Virus record (IMG/VR): IMGVR_UViG_3300035703_000027 | Coordinates: 1 to 64,000 of that record | Direction: 5' to 3' (one strand) | Length of the DNA stretch: 64,000 bases | Source: a virus | Shown: piece by piece, positions 9,704 through 17,967 of the stretch | Numbering within the stretch: the stretch's first letter is position 1 | Layout: each line of letters starts with the position of its first letter | Notes under the pieces: generated by a model | The model's input: only the letters and a program-made list of their open reading frames with translations | What the model was told of the DNA's origin: nothing | Database searches by the model: none | Program-made: the position numbers and the translations under genes

Positions 9704-9729
9704 GCACAAAACCGGCCGGGTGCGGATAG
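9704..9729 (+). promoter_or_regulatory. Class A promoter-like motif (GCACA variant)
   Basis: GCACA-N15-GGATAG. Confidence 0.6.
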
Positions 9730-9767
9730 GGGGCTGCGTTCCCCTTCCCACCCGGCCGGAGGCCTTT

Positions 9768-10481
9768 ATGGACACGCTGACCCTCTGCATCCCCTGCGGT
9801 GACGTGTGGGAGGCCTCGCTGGAGGCCACCTGCCCCCACTGCGGCGAGGCCTTCGCCCGCGTCGGCTTCGACGAGCTGCCGGTGCTGGAGGACGCCTGGC
9901 TGGAGGGCCGGGTGGACGACCTCACCTACGAGCGGGTGTGCGCCGCCTTCGCCGATGCGATCGCGGCGGAGAACCGGGCGGCCCGGGCGCGGGAGGCGGC
10001 GGCCCGCCGGGCCGGCAAGTCGTACATGGCGCTGCGGCTGCGGGCGGTGCGCTTCGCCGAGGCCTGCGCGTTCATCGACGCGCACCACCGGCACCACCGG
10101 CGCCCGCAGGGCTGGAAGTTCGGGCTAGGGCTGGAGGGCCCGGACGGCGCGCTGCGGGGCGTGCTGGTGGTCGGGCGTCCCGTCGCCCGGATGATCGCGA
10201 CGCGGGACGCCGGGGCGCTGGAGGTGACACGCTGCTGCGTGCTGCCGGACACCCCCAACGGCGCCTCGATGCTCTACGGCGCCGCCTGGCGCGCCGCGCG
10301 GCGGCTCGGCTGCAAGCGGCTCATCACCTACGTGCTCGACAGCGAGTCGGGCGTGAGCCTCAAGGCGGCCGGCTGGGGGCGGGTGGCGCCCTCGCGCGGC
10401 GGGAGCTGGAGCCGGCCCTCGCGCGGCCGGGTGGACGCCGCCCCCACCTGTGCCAAGTGGCGCTGGGAGCGGGTGGCCTGA
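9768..10481 (+). CDS. XF1762-family (Mom-related GNAT-like) protein with N-terminal Zn ribbon
   Basis: EACAFIDAHHRHHRRPQGWKF, VGRPVAR, LEVTRCC, SMLYGAAWRAA, LITY...ESGVSLKAAGW. Confidence 0.75.
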   Translation: MDTLTLCIPCGDVWEASLEATCPHCGEAFARVGFDELPVLEDAWLEGRVDDLTYERVCAAFADAIAAENRAARAREAAARRAGKSYMALRLRAVRFAEACAFIDAHHRHHRRPQGWKFGLGLEGPDGALRGVLVVGRPVARMIATRDAGALEVTRCCVLPDTPNGASMLYGAAWRAARRLGCKRLITYVLDSESGVSLKAAGWGRVAPSRGGSWSRPSRGRVDAAPTCAKWRWERVA

Positions 10482-10519
10482 CGGTTGCCCCGGGCCGCGG
10501 GTGGTGGAAACCCGCCCGC

Positions 10520-11083
10520 ATGACGACACGCGAGAGCTTCCACTTTTCCACCGGCACGCACGAGCACCAGGTCGGCGCGGTGCACGAGGCCTGCGACGGC
10601 CCCCGCCGGGCCGGGTACTTCCTGGTCCCGGCGCGCGGGCCGTTCGTGCCCGTCGAGCACCTGGTGCCCGGGCTGGTTACGTCCGCGGCGGACCACTTCC
10701 GCGACGCGGCCGGCCTGGTGTGGCCCCGGGAGCGCCGGGCCTGCTACGGCGGGCCGCTGCTGCCGCCGCATGTCGAGCTGGCGGACCCCGCCGTGCAGGC
10801 GTGGCGGGCCGCCCGTGCCGCCGGGCCGGGCCTCGCGCTGGTGGACGCCGCGCGGGGCCGGGTCGCCACGATGCTGGACGATCGCGGGGAGCGCCGGTGG
10901 TTCCGGGTGCAGACCGAGCGTGGGTTCACGACGGAGCACCACGACGTGCACATGGCCGTCTCGGGCGCGGCGCGCAACGTCGGGGGCATCGGGAGCCACG
11001 GCCGGGTGTGGTGCAGCGGGGTGTCGCGCGACGTGGTGGTGGCGGTGCTCGCGCTGTTCGGCTTGCGGGTGCCTGCCGCCTGA
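10520..11083 (+). CDS. Hypothetical protein (187 aa)
   Basis: Coding-like frame between genes; start chosen at MTTRES. Confidence 0.55.
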   Translation: MTTRESFHFSTGTHEHQVGAVHEACDGPRRAGYFLVPARGPFVPVEHLVPGLVTSAADHFRDAAGLVWPRERRACYGGPLLPPHVELADPAVQAWRAARAAGPGLALVDAARGRVATMLDDRGERRWFRVQTERGFTTEHHDVHMAVSGAARNVGGIGSHGRVWCSGVSRDVVVAVLALFGLRVPAA

Positions 11084-11147
11084 CCGGGTGGCAGATTCGC
11101 CGCCGGGGCGCGCGCGAGCTGCTACAACGGGCCCGGGAGGGCGAGGC

Positions 11148-11354
11148 ATGCGGCGACTGGTGGTGGCGTGCCCGGACTGCGGCGACGTGCACTGGCACGA
11201 GCGCGGGCCGGTGGCGCGGTGCGCTGGGTGTGGCCGGGCCCCCTGGGTGGTCGCCCGGGCGTGGCTGCACGCGGTGGAGGACGCCTGGCTCGACGACCAG
11301 GTGGACGACACGACCTTCGCGCGCATCCGGGAGGCCGTGGGGGCCCTCGCATAA
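11148..11354 (+). CDS. Small Zn-ribbon protein homologous to the N-terminus of 9768-10481
   Basis: CPDCGDV...CAGC...VEDAWLDDQVDDTTFARI vs CIPCGDV...CPHC...LEDAWLEGRVDDLTYERV. Confidence 0.65.
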   Translation: MRRLVVACPDCGDVHWHERGPVARCAGCGRAPWVVARAWLHAVEDAWLDDQVDDTTFARIREAVGALA

Positions 11355-11374
11355 ATCCGGCGGGCCGCGGATAG
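11349..11374 (+). promoter_or_regulatory. Class A promoter-like motif overlapping the upstream TAA stop
   Basis: GCATA-N15-GGATAG. Confidence 0.75.
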
Positions 11375-11417
11375 GGGCGGGCAGACACCCTACCCCCGAC
11401 TCCGAAAGGACCCCCCG

Positions 11418-11732
11418 ATGCCCACGACCCACCTCGACGCCGGCACCCTGCTGGCCCAGCTCGGCGGCAACAAGTTCCTCGCCATGACCGGCGCGAAGAA
11501 CCTGCTCAAGGGCTACGACTTCCTCCAGATGGACCTCCCCGCGTCGCTGGTGAAGGACCGGGCGAACCGGCTCACGGTCCGCCTCAACGGGCTGGACCTG
11601 TACGACCTGGAGCTGACCCGCGTGACGAAGCGCGGGATGGAAATCCGCACCGTCGCCGAGGTGTGCAACGTGCCCGCCGAGGCGATCCGCCGCGTGTTCA
11701 CGGGCCTGACGGGCCTTGACACCCACCTGTGA
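11418..11732 (+). CDS. Conserved phage/MGE hypothetical protein
   Basis: QLGGNKFLAMTGAKN...DLYDLE...VFTGLTGLDTHL, a pattern I recognise from mobile elements; function unknown. Confidence 0.75.
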   Translation: MPTTHLDAGTLLAQLGGNKFLAMTGAKNLLKGYDFLQMDLPASLVKDRANRLTVRLNGLDLYDLELTRVTKRGMEIRTVAEVCNVPAEAIRRVFTGLTGLDTHL

Positions 11733-11746
11733 GAGAGGAGCCGACC

Positions 11747-12070
11747 GTGACGACCACAGACAACCGCTTCGACGCCGCCCTCGCCCTGGCCGAGGGGCTG
11801 GCCCTTCAGGTGCACCGCTTCGATGCCGGGTGGCTGGCCATCCAGCGCGAGGTGTTCGGCTGCGGAGCCGACGAGCAAGCCGTCATCGGCCTGGCGGCCG
11901 GGGAGGACAGCGCGGTGTTCGCCACTCTGTCCCGGGAGGGCGGCCGGCTGCGCCTGGAGCGCGGGGGCGTCTGCCACTGCGGGATGTGGGAGCACATCAA
12001 GGCAGGGTTGGCGCCGGTGCTGGCTGCGGGCGACGTGGTGGAGGGCGGCGCGCATGCTGGGCGTTACTGA
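11747..12070 (+). CDS. Hypothetical protein
   Basis: GTG start after GAGGAG. Confidence 0.6.
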   Translation: MTTTDNRFDAALALAEGLALQVHRFDAGWLAIQREVFGCGADEQAVIGLAAGEDSAVFATLSREGGRLRLERGGVCHCGMWEHIKAGLAPVLAAGDVVEGGAHAGRY

Positions 12071-12359
12071 TCGCGCCCTCGCCGCCACCGCGGCGCTGGA
12101 GGCGTCCGGCTACGTGCTGGAGGCGGCGAGCGCCTCCGGGCGGGCTGCCTGGGGCTCCGATCTGTTCCCGGTCACGACGCCCTACCGGCGCATCGTGCAG
12201 GACGGGGCATCGGTGGGTTTCCTGCTCGTGGCCCTGGGGCCCGACGAGCCGGGTCGCCTGGTGTTCGAGCGCGCCGGCGGGGCGTCGTTCGCCACGTGGG
12301 AGAGCGTGTACGCGCTGGTGGTGGATCACCTCGCGCCCGGGGACGCCTTCTACGTCTGA
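12054..12359 (+). CDS. Hypothetical protein
   Basis: ATG after GGAGG, short overlap with the previous gene. Confidence 0.55.
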   Translation: MLGVTDRALAATAALEASGYVLEAASASGRAAWGSDLFPVTTPYRRIVQDGASVGFLLVALGPDEPGRLVFERAGGASFATWESVYALVVDHLAPGDAFYV

Positions 12360-12461
12360 AGTGTGGTGGTGGCAATTTTTCGGCTCATCTGGCCCGGGTG
12401 CGGTTCACTAGAATCACCCGGGCCGTTGTGTTGTGTGGGCCCGGATTGAGGGGAGGCCATC

Positions 12462-13451
12462 GTGCAAGGTCAGGTGATCGAGGGGATCGGGGCTGTCGCG
12501 TGCTCGCCGCGTCGCGCGGCGCTCATCCGGGTGTGGGCCGCGATGTTCCGCGGGGCGCGCCGGTACGTCGAGGCACAGGGCTTCGTGGGCGTGCACAACC
12601 TGCCCGAGTTGGTGGGCGTGACGGGTGCGTGCGAGAACGTGGACACGCTGTTCAGGGTGGATTTTTTCGGGCGCCCGGCCTACCTGGCGCAAAGCGACCA
12701 GCTCTACTTGGAGCTGCTGACGCCGGTGCTCGGCAAGGTCTACGCGGAGATCCAGTCGTTTCGGATGGAGCCGGAGGCGGATGAACGGCACCTGTGCCAG
12801 TTCGCGCTTTTCGAGATCGAGCACCAGGGCGGGCTCGACGAGCTGATCAAGCACCTGTCCGGGATCGTGCAGCACGCCGTGACGGAGGTCTTGAACACCT
12901 GCGCTGACGACCTCGCGACCCACTTCGGTCGTGACCTTCGGCAGCTTCGCGACCTCAGCTTCAAGCGCATCACCTACACGGAGGCTGTCGAGCGCTTGCA
13001 AGCCGACTTCCCGGACCTCGCGTGGGGCGACGACCTCAAGGCGAACCACGAGCGGCGCCTGACGGAGCTGTTCGGGCCGTGCTTCCTGACGCACTACCCG
13101 CTGCCCATCAAGTTCTTCAACATGAAGCAGAACGCGGAGGATCCGCGCGTGGTGAACTCGACGGACATGCTGCTGCCGTTCTCCGGCGAGTCTGCCGGGG
13201 CCGCGGAGCGCGAGCACGACCACGCCACCATCGAGCGGCGCTTGAAGTCGAGCGCCATGTACGAGCGCCTGATCGCCCTTGGTGGCAAGGACGAGGACTT
13301 CGCCTGGTATCTGGACGCCCACAAGGGCCGGGAGATCCCGCTGCACTCGGGCGCCGGCGTGGGGATGGCGCGGGTGGCGCAGTACATCCTGGGGGTCGGC
13401 GACATCCGGGAGGCGGTGCCGTTCGTGATCAACCGCGAGAACCTGCTGTGA
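12462..13451 (+). CDS. Asp/Asn-tRNA-synthetase catalytic-domain paralogue lacking the anticodon OB-fold (archaeal AsnA-like)
   Basis: Class IIb motif 2 YLAQSDQLYLE...SFRMEPEADERHLCQF, motif 3 HSGAGVGMARV..ILGVGDIREAVPF; only 329 aa. Confidence 0.8.
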   Translation: MQGQVIEGIGAVACSPRRAALIRVWAAMFRGARRYVEAQGFVGVHNLPELVGVTGACENVDTLFRVDFFGRPAYLAQSDQLYLELLTPVLGKVYAEIQSFRMEPEADERHLCQFALFEIEHQGGLDELIKHLSGIVQHAVTEVLNTCADDLATHFGRDLRQLRDLSFKRITYTEAVERLQADFPDLAWGDDLKANHERRLTELFGPCFLTHYPLPIKFFNMKQNAEDPRVVNSTDMLLPFSGESAGAAEREHDHATIERRLKSSAMYERLIALGGKDEDFAWYLDAHKGREIPLHSGAGVGMARVAQYILGVGDIREAVPFVINRENLL

Positions 13452-13669
13452 TGGCTGGCGGCGAGGCTGTTCCTTCGGGGCGTTGCATGGTGTGCCGGGC
13501 GGCGTTCGGGCCGTGCCGGCGCTGCGCAGGCCAGGCGCGAGCGCGCAAGGCCGAGGCGACCATGCGGGCGAACGGCACCTGGTACACCAAGACCCGTGGC
13601 GTCGAGATCGACTTCCGGCGCGATCCTGCCAAGTTCAAGCACGAGGTGGACCCCCACGGCAGCGGATAG
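13451..13669 (+). CDS. Small Cys-rich hypothetical protein
   Basis: TGATG overlap; CMVC...CRRC. Confidence 0.5.
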   Translation: MAGGEAVPSGRCMVCRAAFGPCRRCAGQARARKAEATMRANGTWYTKTRGVEIDFRRDPAKFKHEVDPHGSG

Positions 13670-13680
13670 CGGGGGCGGGC

Positions 13681-13719
13681 GGCAAAACGCGGGGCGGATG
13701 TGCGCGCCGGTGCTACGCT
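13681..13719 (+). promoter_or_regulatory. Class B (late-type) promoter-like motif GGCAA-N28-TACGCT
   Basis: Directly upstream of portal; one of 12 copies. Confidence 0.65.
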
Positions 13720-13746
13720 CAAAAGGCGCGCATCCGCTGAGGAACC

Positions 13747-15387
13747 ATGGCCAAGCAGAACCGCTCTTACGCCAAGGCGCCAGAGGCCAAGCCGGGCAAC
13801 TCGAAGCCCCTGCGGTCCTACCTGGTTGACCCCAACGTCCTCAACCTGTCGCACCTCGGCACCCGCCCGCAGGACGTGCGGCATGTGGGGTTCTACACGC
13901 TGCGCGAGATGGCGCGGGTGACGCAGCCCGTCACGGCCATCATCCGCACGCGCCAGAACCAGGTGGCGCGGTTCGCCAAGCTGCCGCGCTACCAGGGCGA
14001 CATCGGGGTGCAGGTGCGCATGCGCGACCCCGAGGCCAAGCCGACGAAGGCGGACAAAAAGCGCATGCGCGAGCTGGAGGACATCGTGCTGCGGTGCGGC
14101 GTGGCGCCCGACCCGGGGCGGCTGCGGCGGCCGGGGCTCGACCCGTTGCTGCGCATGATGGTCGAGGACAGCCTCACGCTGGACGCGATGGCGCTGGAGC
14201 TGCGGTACGACCGCAAGGACCGGCTGTTTGATTGGTGGGCCGTGGACGGGGCGACGGTGCGGCTGACGGTGCCGAGCTACACGGGCGGGCACACGTCGCA
14301 GACGGGCCCGGGCATCTACGGGCTGGTGGGCGAGGGGTACGGCGGGGTGGGGCAGGCGCGCGACGCCGTGATCCAGTACGTGCAGCTCTGGCAGGGCGCG
14401 CCGGTGGCGGAGTACACGGCGGACGAGATGGCCTACTGGGTGCGCAACCCGCGCACGGCGCTGGAGTCCAACGGGTACGGTCAGGCGGAGCTGGAGAGCC
14501 TGATCGAGGTGGTGGTCGGCTACCTGAACGCGATGCTCTACAACCAGCGCTACTTCACGCACAGCAGCATCCCCGAGGGCGTGCTGAGCGTGACGGGGCA
14601 GTACACGGCGGAGAACCTCGACGACTTCCGGCGCTACTGGAACGCGATGGTGTCGGGCGTGAACAACGCCTGGCGGGTGCCCATCCTGGCGAGCAAGGAC
14701 GGCAAGGGCGTCACGTGGACGGCGCTCAAGGGCAACAACAAGGAGATGCAGTTCCACGAGTGGCTCGACTTCCTGACGACGATCGCCTGTGCGGTGTTTC
14801 AGATCGACCGGGAGGAGCTGGGGCTGTCGGGCCGCGGGGCGGGGGACGGCGGGGCGTCGCTTTCCGAGGGCGGCAACGGCGCGACGCTGGCGCACAGCAT
14901 GAGCAAGGGCCTGCACCCGCTGCTGACGCGCATCGAGAGCGGCATCAACGACGACCTGTTCCCGCGGCTGGAGCACACCGAGGACTTCCTGTTCACCTGG
15001 GCGGGGCTGGACCCCGACCAGGAGGACAAGCGGATCGAGCGGGAGACGAAGCTGTTGCAGGCGGGGGTGATGACCGTGAACGAGATCCGGGCGGGGCGGG
15101 ACCTGAAGGGGATCGAGTCGGCGCTGCTGTGGGGCGACGCGCCGGCCAACACGACGCTGTACCAGGCCTGGGCGATGGGCATGCAGGCGAAGATGCAGGC
15201 TGAGGGCCAGGGCGGCGGCGACGACGCGGGCGATGGCGGGGACGGCGACGCGCCGGCCGACGGCCAGGCGCCGGGTGGTGACGGCCAGCCGGGTGCCGAC
15301 GCAAAGGGCGGCCCGCCGGCGGCGCTGCCCAAGGTGAACCCGGACGGCTCCGAGGAGCCCGACGACGAAGCCGGTGGTGGGTCGTGA
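13747..15387 (+). CDS. Portal protein
   Basis: GQAELESL, HSSIPEGVL, LDDFRRYWNAMVSG..NAWRVPIL, EMQFHEW, GVMTVNEIRAGRDL; acidic low-complexity tail. Confidence 0.88.
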   Translation: MAKQNRSYAKAPEAKPGNSKPLRSYLVDPNVLNLSHLGTRPQDVRHVGFYTLREMARVTQPVTAIIRTRQNQVARFAKLPRYQGDIGVQVRMRDPEAKPTKADKKRMRELEDIVLRCGVAPDPGRLRRPGLDPLLRMMVEDSLTLDAMALELRYDRKDRLFDWWAVDGATVRLTVPSYTGGHTSQTGPGIYGLVGEGYGGVGQARDAVIQYVQLWQGAPVAEYTADEMAYWVRNPRTALESNGYGQAELESLIEVVVGYLNAMLYNQRYFTHSSIPEGVLSVTGQYTAENLDDFRRYWNAMVSGVNNAWRVPILASKDGKGVTWTALKGNNKEMQFHEWLDFLTTIACAVFQIDREELGLSGRGAGDGGASLSEGGNGATLAHSMSKGLHPLLTRIESGINDDLFPRLEHTEDFLFTWAGLDPDQEDKRIERETKLLQAGVMTVNEIRAGRDLKGIESALLWGDAPANTTLYQAWAMGMQAKMQAEGQGGGDDAGDGGDGDAPADGQAPGGDGQPGADAKGGPPAALPKVNPDGSEEPDDEAGGGS

Positions 15388-15433
15388 GGGCGCAGTGGTT
15401 CGGCGACGAGCTGGTTGCCGAGAAGGGGGAGAC

Positions 15434-15574
15434 ATGCACAAGTGGGACCTGGTAAAGGGCCTGTCGGATGACGCCGAGGTGCCCGGGCTGGCGCTCGACA
15501 TGATCAAGGGCAAGGCCTCGGAGCAGGAGCCGGAGGGCGCGCCCGAGGCGGAGCCCGCGGCCCCCGAGGCCTGA
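15434..15574 (+). CDS. Small acidic protein with two hydrophobic-x-KG motifs
   Basis: AAGGGGGAG RBS; DLVKG, DMIKG. Confidence 0.5.
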   Translation: MHKWDLVKGLSDDAEVPGLALDMIKGKASEQEPEGAPEAEPAAPEA

Positions 15575-15575
15575 C

Positions 15576-15983
15576 GTGCCGGCGGCGATCGCCGCCCGGG
15601 TGGTGCTGCTCGACGGCGACGGGCGGGTGCTGCTGGTGCGGCGGCCCGACACGGCGGCGCTGCACCCGGGCTGCTGGTGCCTGCCGGGTGGGGCGATCGA
15701 CCCATGGGAGACGCCCGAGCAGACAGCCGAGCGCGAGCTGCGCGAGGAGGTGGGCCTCACGGCGACCCTCGTGCCCGGGCAGGTGGCGCCGTTCTTTCAC
15801 GAGGGCGGGCACAGCGTGGGGATGCTGGCGCGCGACCCGGTGGGGTCGCTGCGGCTGTCGCGGCGCGAGGTGGCGGAGGCCTGCTGGGTGGCGCCCGGTG
15901 CGTTGCCGGCGCCGATGATGCCGGGGCATCCCGAGGTGATCGCGCTGCTGGCGCGGCAGGGGCAAGGGGGGGACTTGGCATGA
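15576..15983 (+). CDS. Nudix hydrolase
   Basis: Nudix box GGAIDPWETPEQTAERELREEVGL. Confidence 0.88.
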   Translation: MPAAIAARVVLLDGDGRVLLVRRPDTAALHPGCWCLPGGAIDPWETPEQTAERELREEVGLTATLVPGQVAPFFHEGGHSVGMLARDPVGSLRLSRREVAEACWVAPGALPAPMMPGHPEVIALLARQGQGGDLA

Positions 15984-17875
15984 GGGCGGGGATCGACATG
16001 CTGCGCAAGGCGGTGGCGGGCGGCGGCACGCCGGATGCCGCGCGCGAGGCGCTGCTGCGGGAGATCGCGAAGCGTCGCAACCGGGTGAACGGCAAGTTCG
16101 CTTCGGGCAAGGTGACGGGGGATGAGCCGGCCAAGGGGCGCCGGCGGGCGGCGGCGAAGGCCCCGGGGGCACCGCAGGGCGCCGCGGAGGCGAGCCAGGC
16201 CCAAGGCCGGCCCCCCGAGCACCTGCACGAGGCGGCGCAGGGGGCGCTCGCGAAGCTGCGGAAGCTGAAGCCCGGCAGCGAGGAGCACGCGCACCTTCTG
16301 CGGCAGTACGAGGTGCTGCGGACGGCCATCAAGGGGTTCAACGCGCCGGCGCCGGCCGCGGGGCGATCGCGCCGGGAGGCCGGGCCGCGCACGCCGCGGC
16401 AGTTTGAACTCGCGGCGCTCAAGGCGGGCTCGCGCGGGGAGATGGAGCAGCTCGCGGAGCGGTTCGAGGCGGCGACGCAGGAGCCCGGCAACACGGGGCC
16501 GGCGTGGGATGCGGCGTGGAAGGAGATCAAGGGGGCGCTCAAGGGCCAGGCGAAGGCCGAAGGGGCCGAGACGGGTCCGCGCGAGCAGAAGCGCGGCGGC
16601 AAGAAGCGCCGGGCGGACGGGCGCGCGCCCGAGGCCCCGCAAGACGCGGCGGCGTCCGAGGAGGCACAGCCCGGGGAGGGGGGCGCCGACCAGCAAGCCC
16701 CCGGGGAGCGCCGGGGCGGCAAGCGGAAGGCGCCCGCGAAAGACGCACCCGAGGCAGCCCCGGAGAAGGCCGAGCCCGCAGAGGCCCCCGCGAAGGACGA
16801 GCCAGCCGAGGACCCGGAGAAGGCCGAGCCCACTGAGGCAGCCCCGGAGAAAGACGAACCCGCCGAGGCCCCCGCGAAAGACGAGCCAACCGAGGCCGAC
16901 GACGAGCCGGGGCCCGGGCGTAAGCTCAAGACCAACCCGGACGATCTCACGCCCGTGAAGGCGCGGGTGAACTACTGGGGCAAGCTGCTGCCGTTGACCG
17001 AGGACGAGGCCCTCACGCATGTCGGGCACGACTTCGAGGGGGGCGCGCCGAGCGAGGCCCATGCCGCGGCGGCGCGCGAGCTGGCCGACCTCGACGAGCA
17101 TGGCCGGGAGCGGGGTGAGGAAGGCAGGGAGGAGCGGCTGCGGGCGGCCTACGCCAAGCATCGCGTCTCCATCGAGGGGGAGGGTGACGCCGACCCCGAC
17201 CCGGCGCCCGTGAGCGACGCCGAGGTGATCGCCGGCGCGCGCAGCCGGGGCAGCACGCGGCCCGCGCCGCAGGCTTCCCGCATCCCGGCGGACCAGCTCG
17301 ACGGCCTTGCTGACCTCTACAGGTTATCCGGCAACACCTCGCTGCCGCTTGACGCGCAGGTGCAGGTGGGCCGGGAGCTGAAGGCGCGGCTGGAGGAGGT
17401 GTCCCGGGCGACGGGCCACGACGTGGAGGCGCTGGAGGCAGACCTCCGGCGGGCGGTGCTGGAGCGCGACTTCGGCCCGACAGAGGGCCGCGAGACGGCC
17501 GGCGGCCTGAAGGAGCCGTTGCCGGACCCGGCGCCCGAGCAGCCCGTGACGCCACAGCCGGCGACGCCGCAGCCCGTGACGCCGGACGCGGCTGCGGCGC
17601 AGGCCGCGGAGGTGCAGGCCCGCACGGAGGAGGCCCTCAAGGCGGCGGGGATGGCCCCACCGGCGGAGGGCCGCAAGGGGCGCACACGGCTCGGCCAGGC
17701 CGCGGCGGGTGGTCCGGCGGGAGGCGAGGCTTCCCGGTCCGGGGCGTCGCGGTCCGGGGCCGCCCAGTCCGAGCGGGCACGGCGCGGCCATGGGGGTCGC
17801 GAGGTGCTGCGCCGGGTGTCGGACGTGCTGAGCACGGTGATGGCGGAGCGCAACCAGGAGCACCTCGAAACCTGA
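15980..17875 (+). CDS. Low-complexity, probably virion-associated protein with internal EAAPEKAEP/AEAPAKDEP repeats
   Basis: In the portal operon; N-terminal DMLRKA motif; 9-aa repeats at about 16740-16890. Confidence 0.65.
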   Translation: MRAGIDMLRKAVAGGGTPDAAREALLREIAKRRNRVNGKFASGKVTGDEPAKGRRRAAAKAPGAPQGAAEASQAQGRPPEHLHEAAQGALAKLRKLKPGSEEHAHLLRQYEVLRTAIKGFNAPAPAAGRSRREAGPRTPRQFELAALKAGSRGEMEQLAERFEAATQEPGNTGPAWDAAWKEIKGALKGQAKAEGAETGPREQKRGGKKRRADGRAPEAPQDAAASEEAQPGEGGADQQAPGERRGGKRKAPAKDAPEAAPEKAEPAEAPAKDEPAEDPEKAEPTEAAPEKDEPAEAPAKDEPTEADDEPGPGRKLKTNPDDLTPVKARVNYWGKLLPLTEDEALTHVGHDFEGGAPSEAHAAAARELADLDEHGRERGEEGREERLRAAYAKHRVSIEGEGDADPDPAPVSDAEVIAGARSRGSTRPAPQASRIPADQLDGLADLYRLSGNTSLPLDAQVQVGRELKARLEEVSRATGHDVEALEADLRRAVLERDFGPTEGRETAGGLKEPLPDPAPEQPVTPQPATPQPVTPDAAAAQAAEVQARTEEALKAAGMAPPAEGRKGRTRLGQAAAGGPAGGEASRSGASRSGAAQSERARRGHGGREVLRRVSDVLSTVMAERNQEHLET

Positions 17876-17886
17876 GCGCGTGGAGC

Positions 17887-17926
17887 GGCAAACGGGCGCC
17901 CCGCGTGCACACGGCGGGGCTACGAT
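17887..17926 (+). promoter_or_regulatory. Class B promoter-like motif
   Basis: GGCAA-N29-TACGAT. Confidence 0.72.
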
Positions 17927-17967
17927 GGGCCTGGCGGAGCGCCAGCTAGTACCCGGGAGAGTCCCTG

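Noticed and set aside
2579-11410. Class A repeats as REP elements, riboswitches or tRNA fragments
   Set aside because: Only two short boxes and their spacing are conserved, always oriented toward a downstream RBS; no cloverleaf or known aptamer is visible.
12371-12414. GGCAA...TAGAAT upstream of the AsnRS-like gene, and GGCAG-N28-TACAAC near 11090, as class B motifs
   Set aside because: The spacer is 33 nt in the first and both boxes deviate in the second; not counted.
12462-13451. Calling this gene asnS or aspS
   Set aside because: No N-terminal OB-fold anticodon domain, so tRNA charging is unsupported.
15980-17875. Major capsid or MuF head-morphogenesis protein
   Set aside because: No HK97-fold or MuF motifs; the sequence is mostly low complexity.
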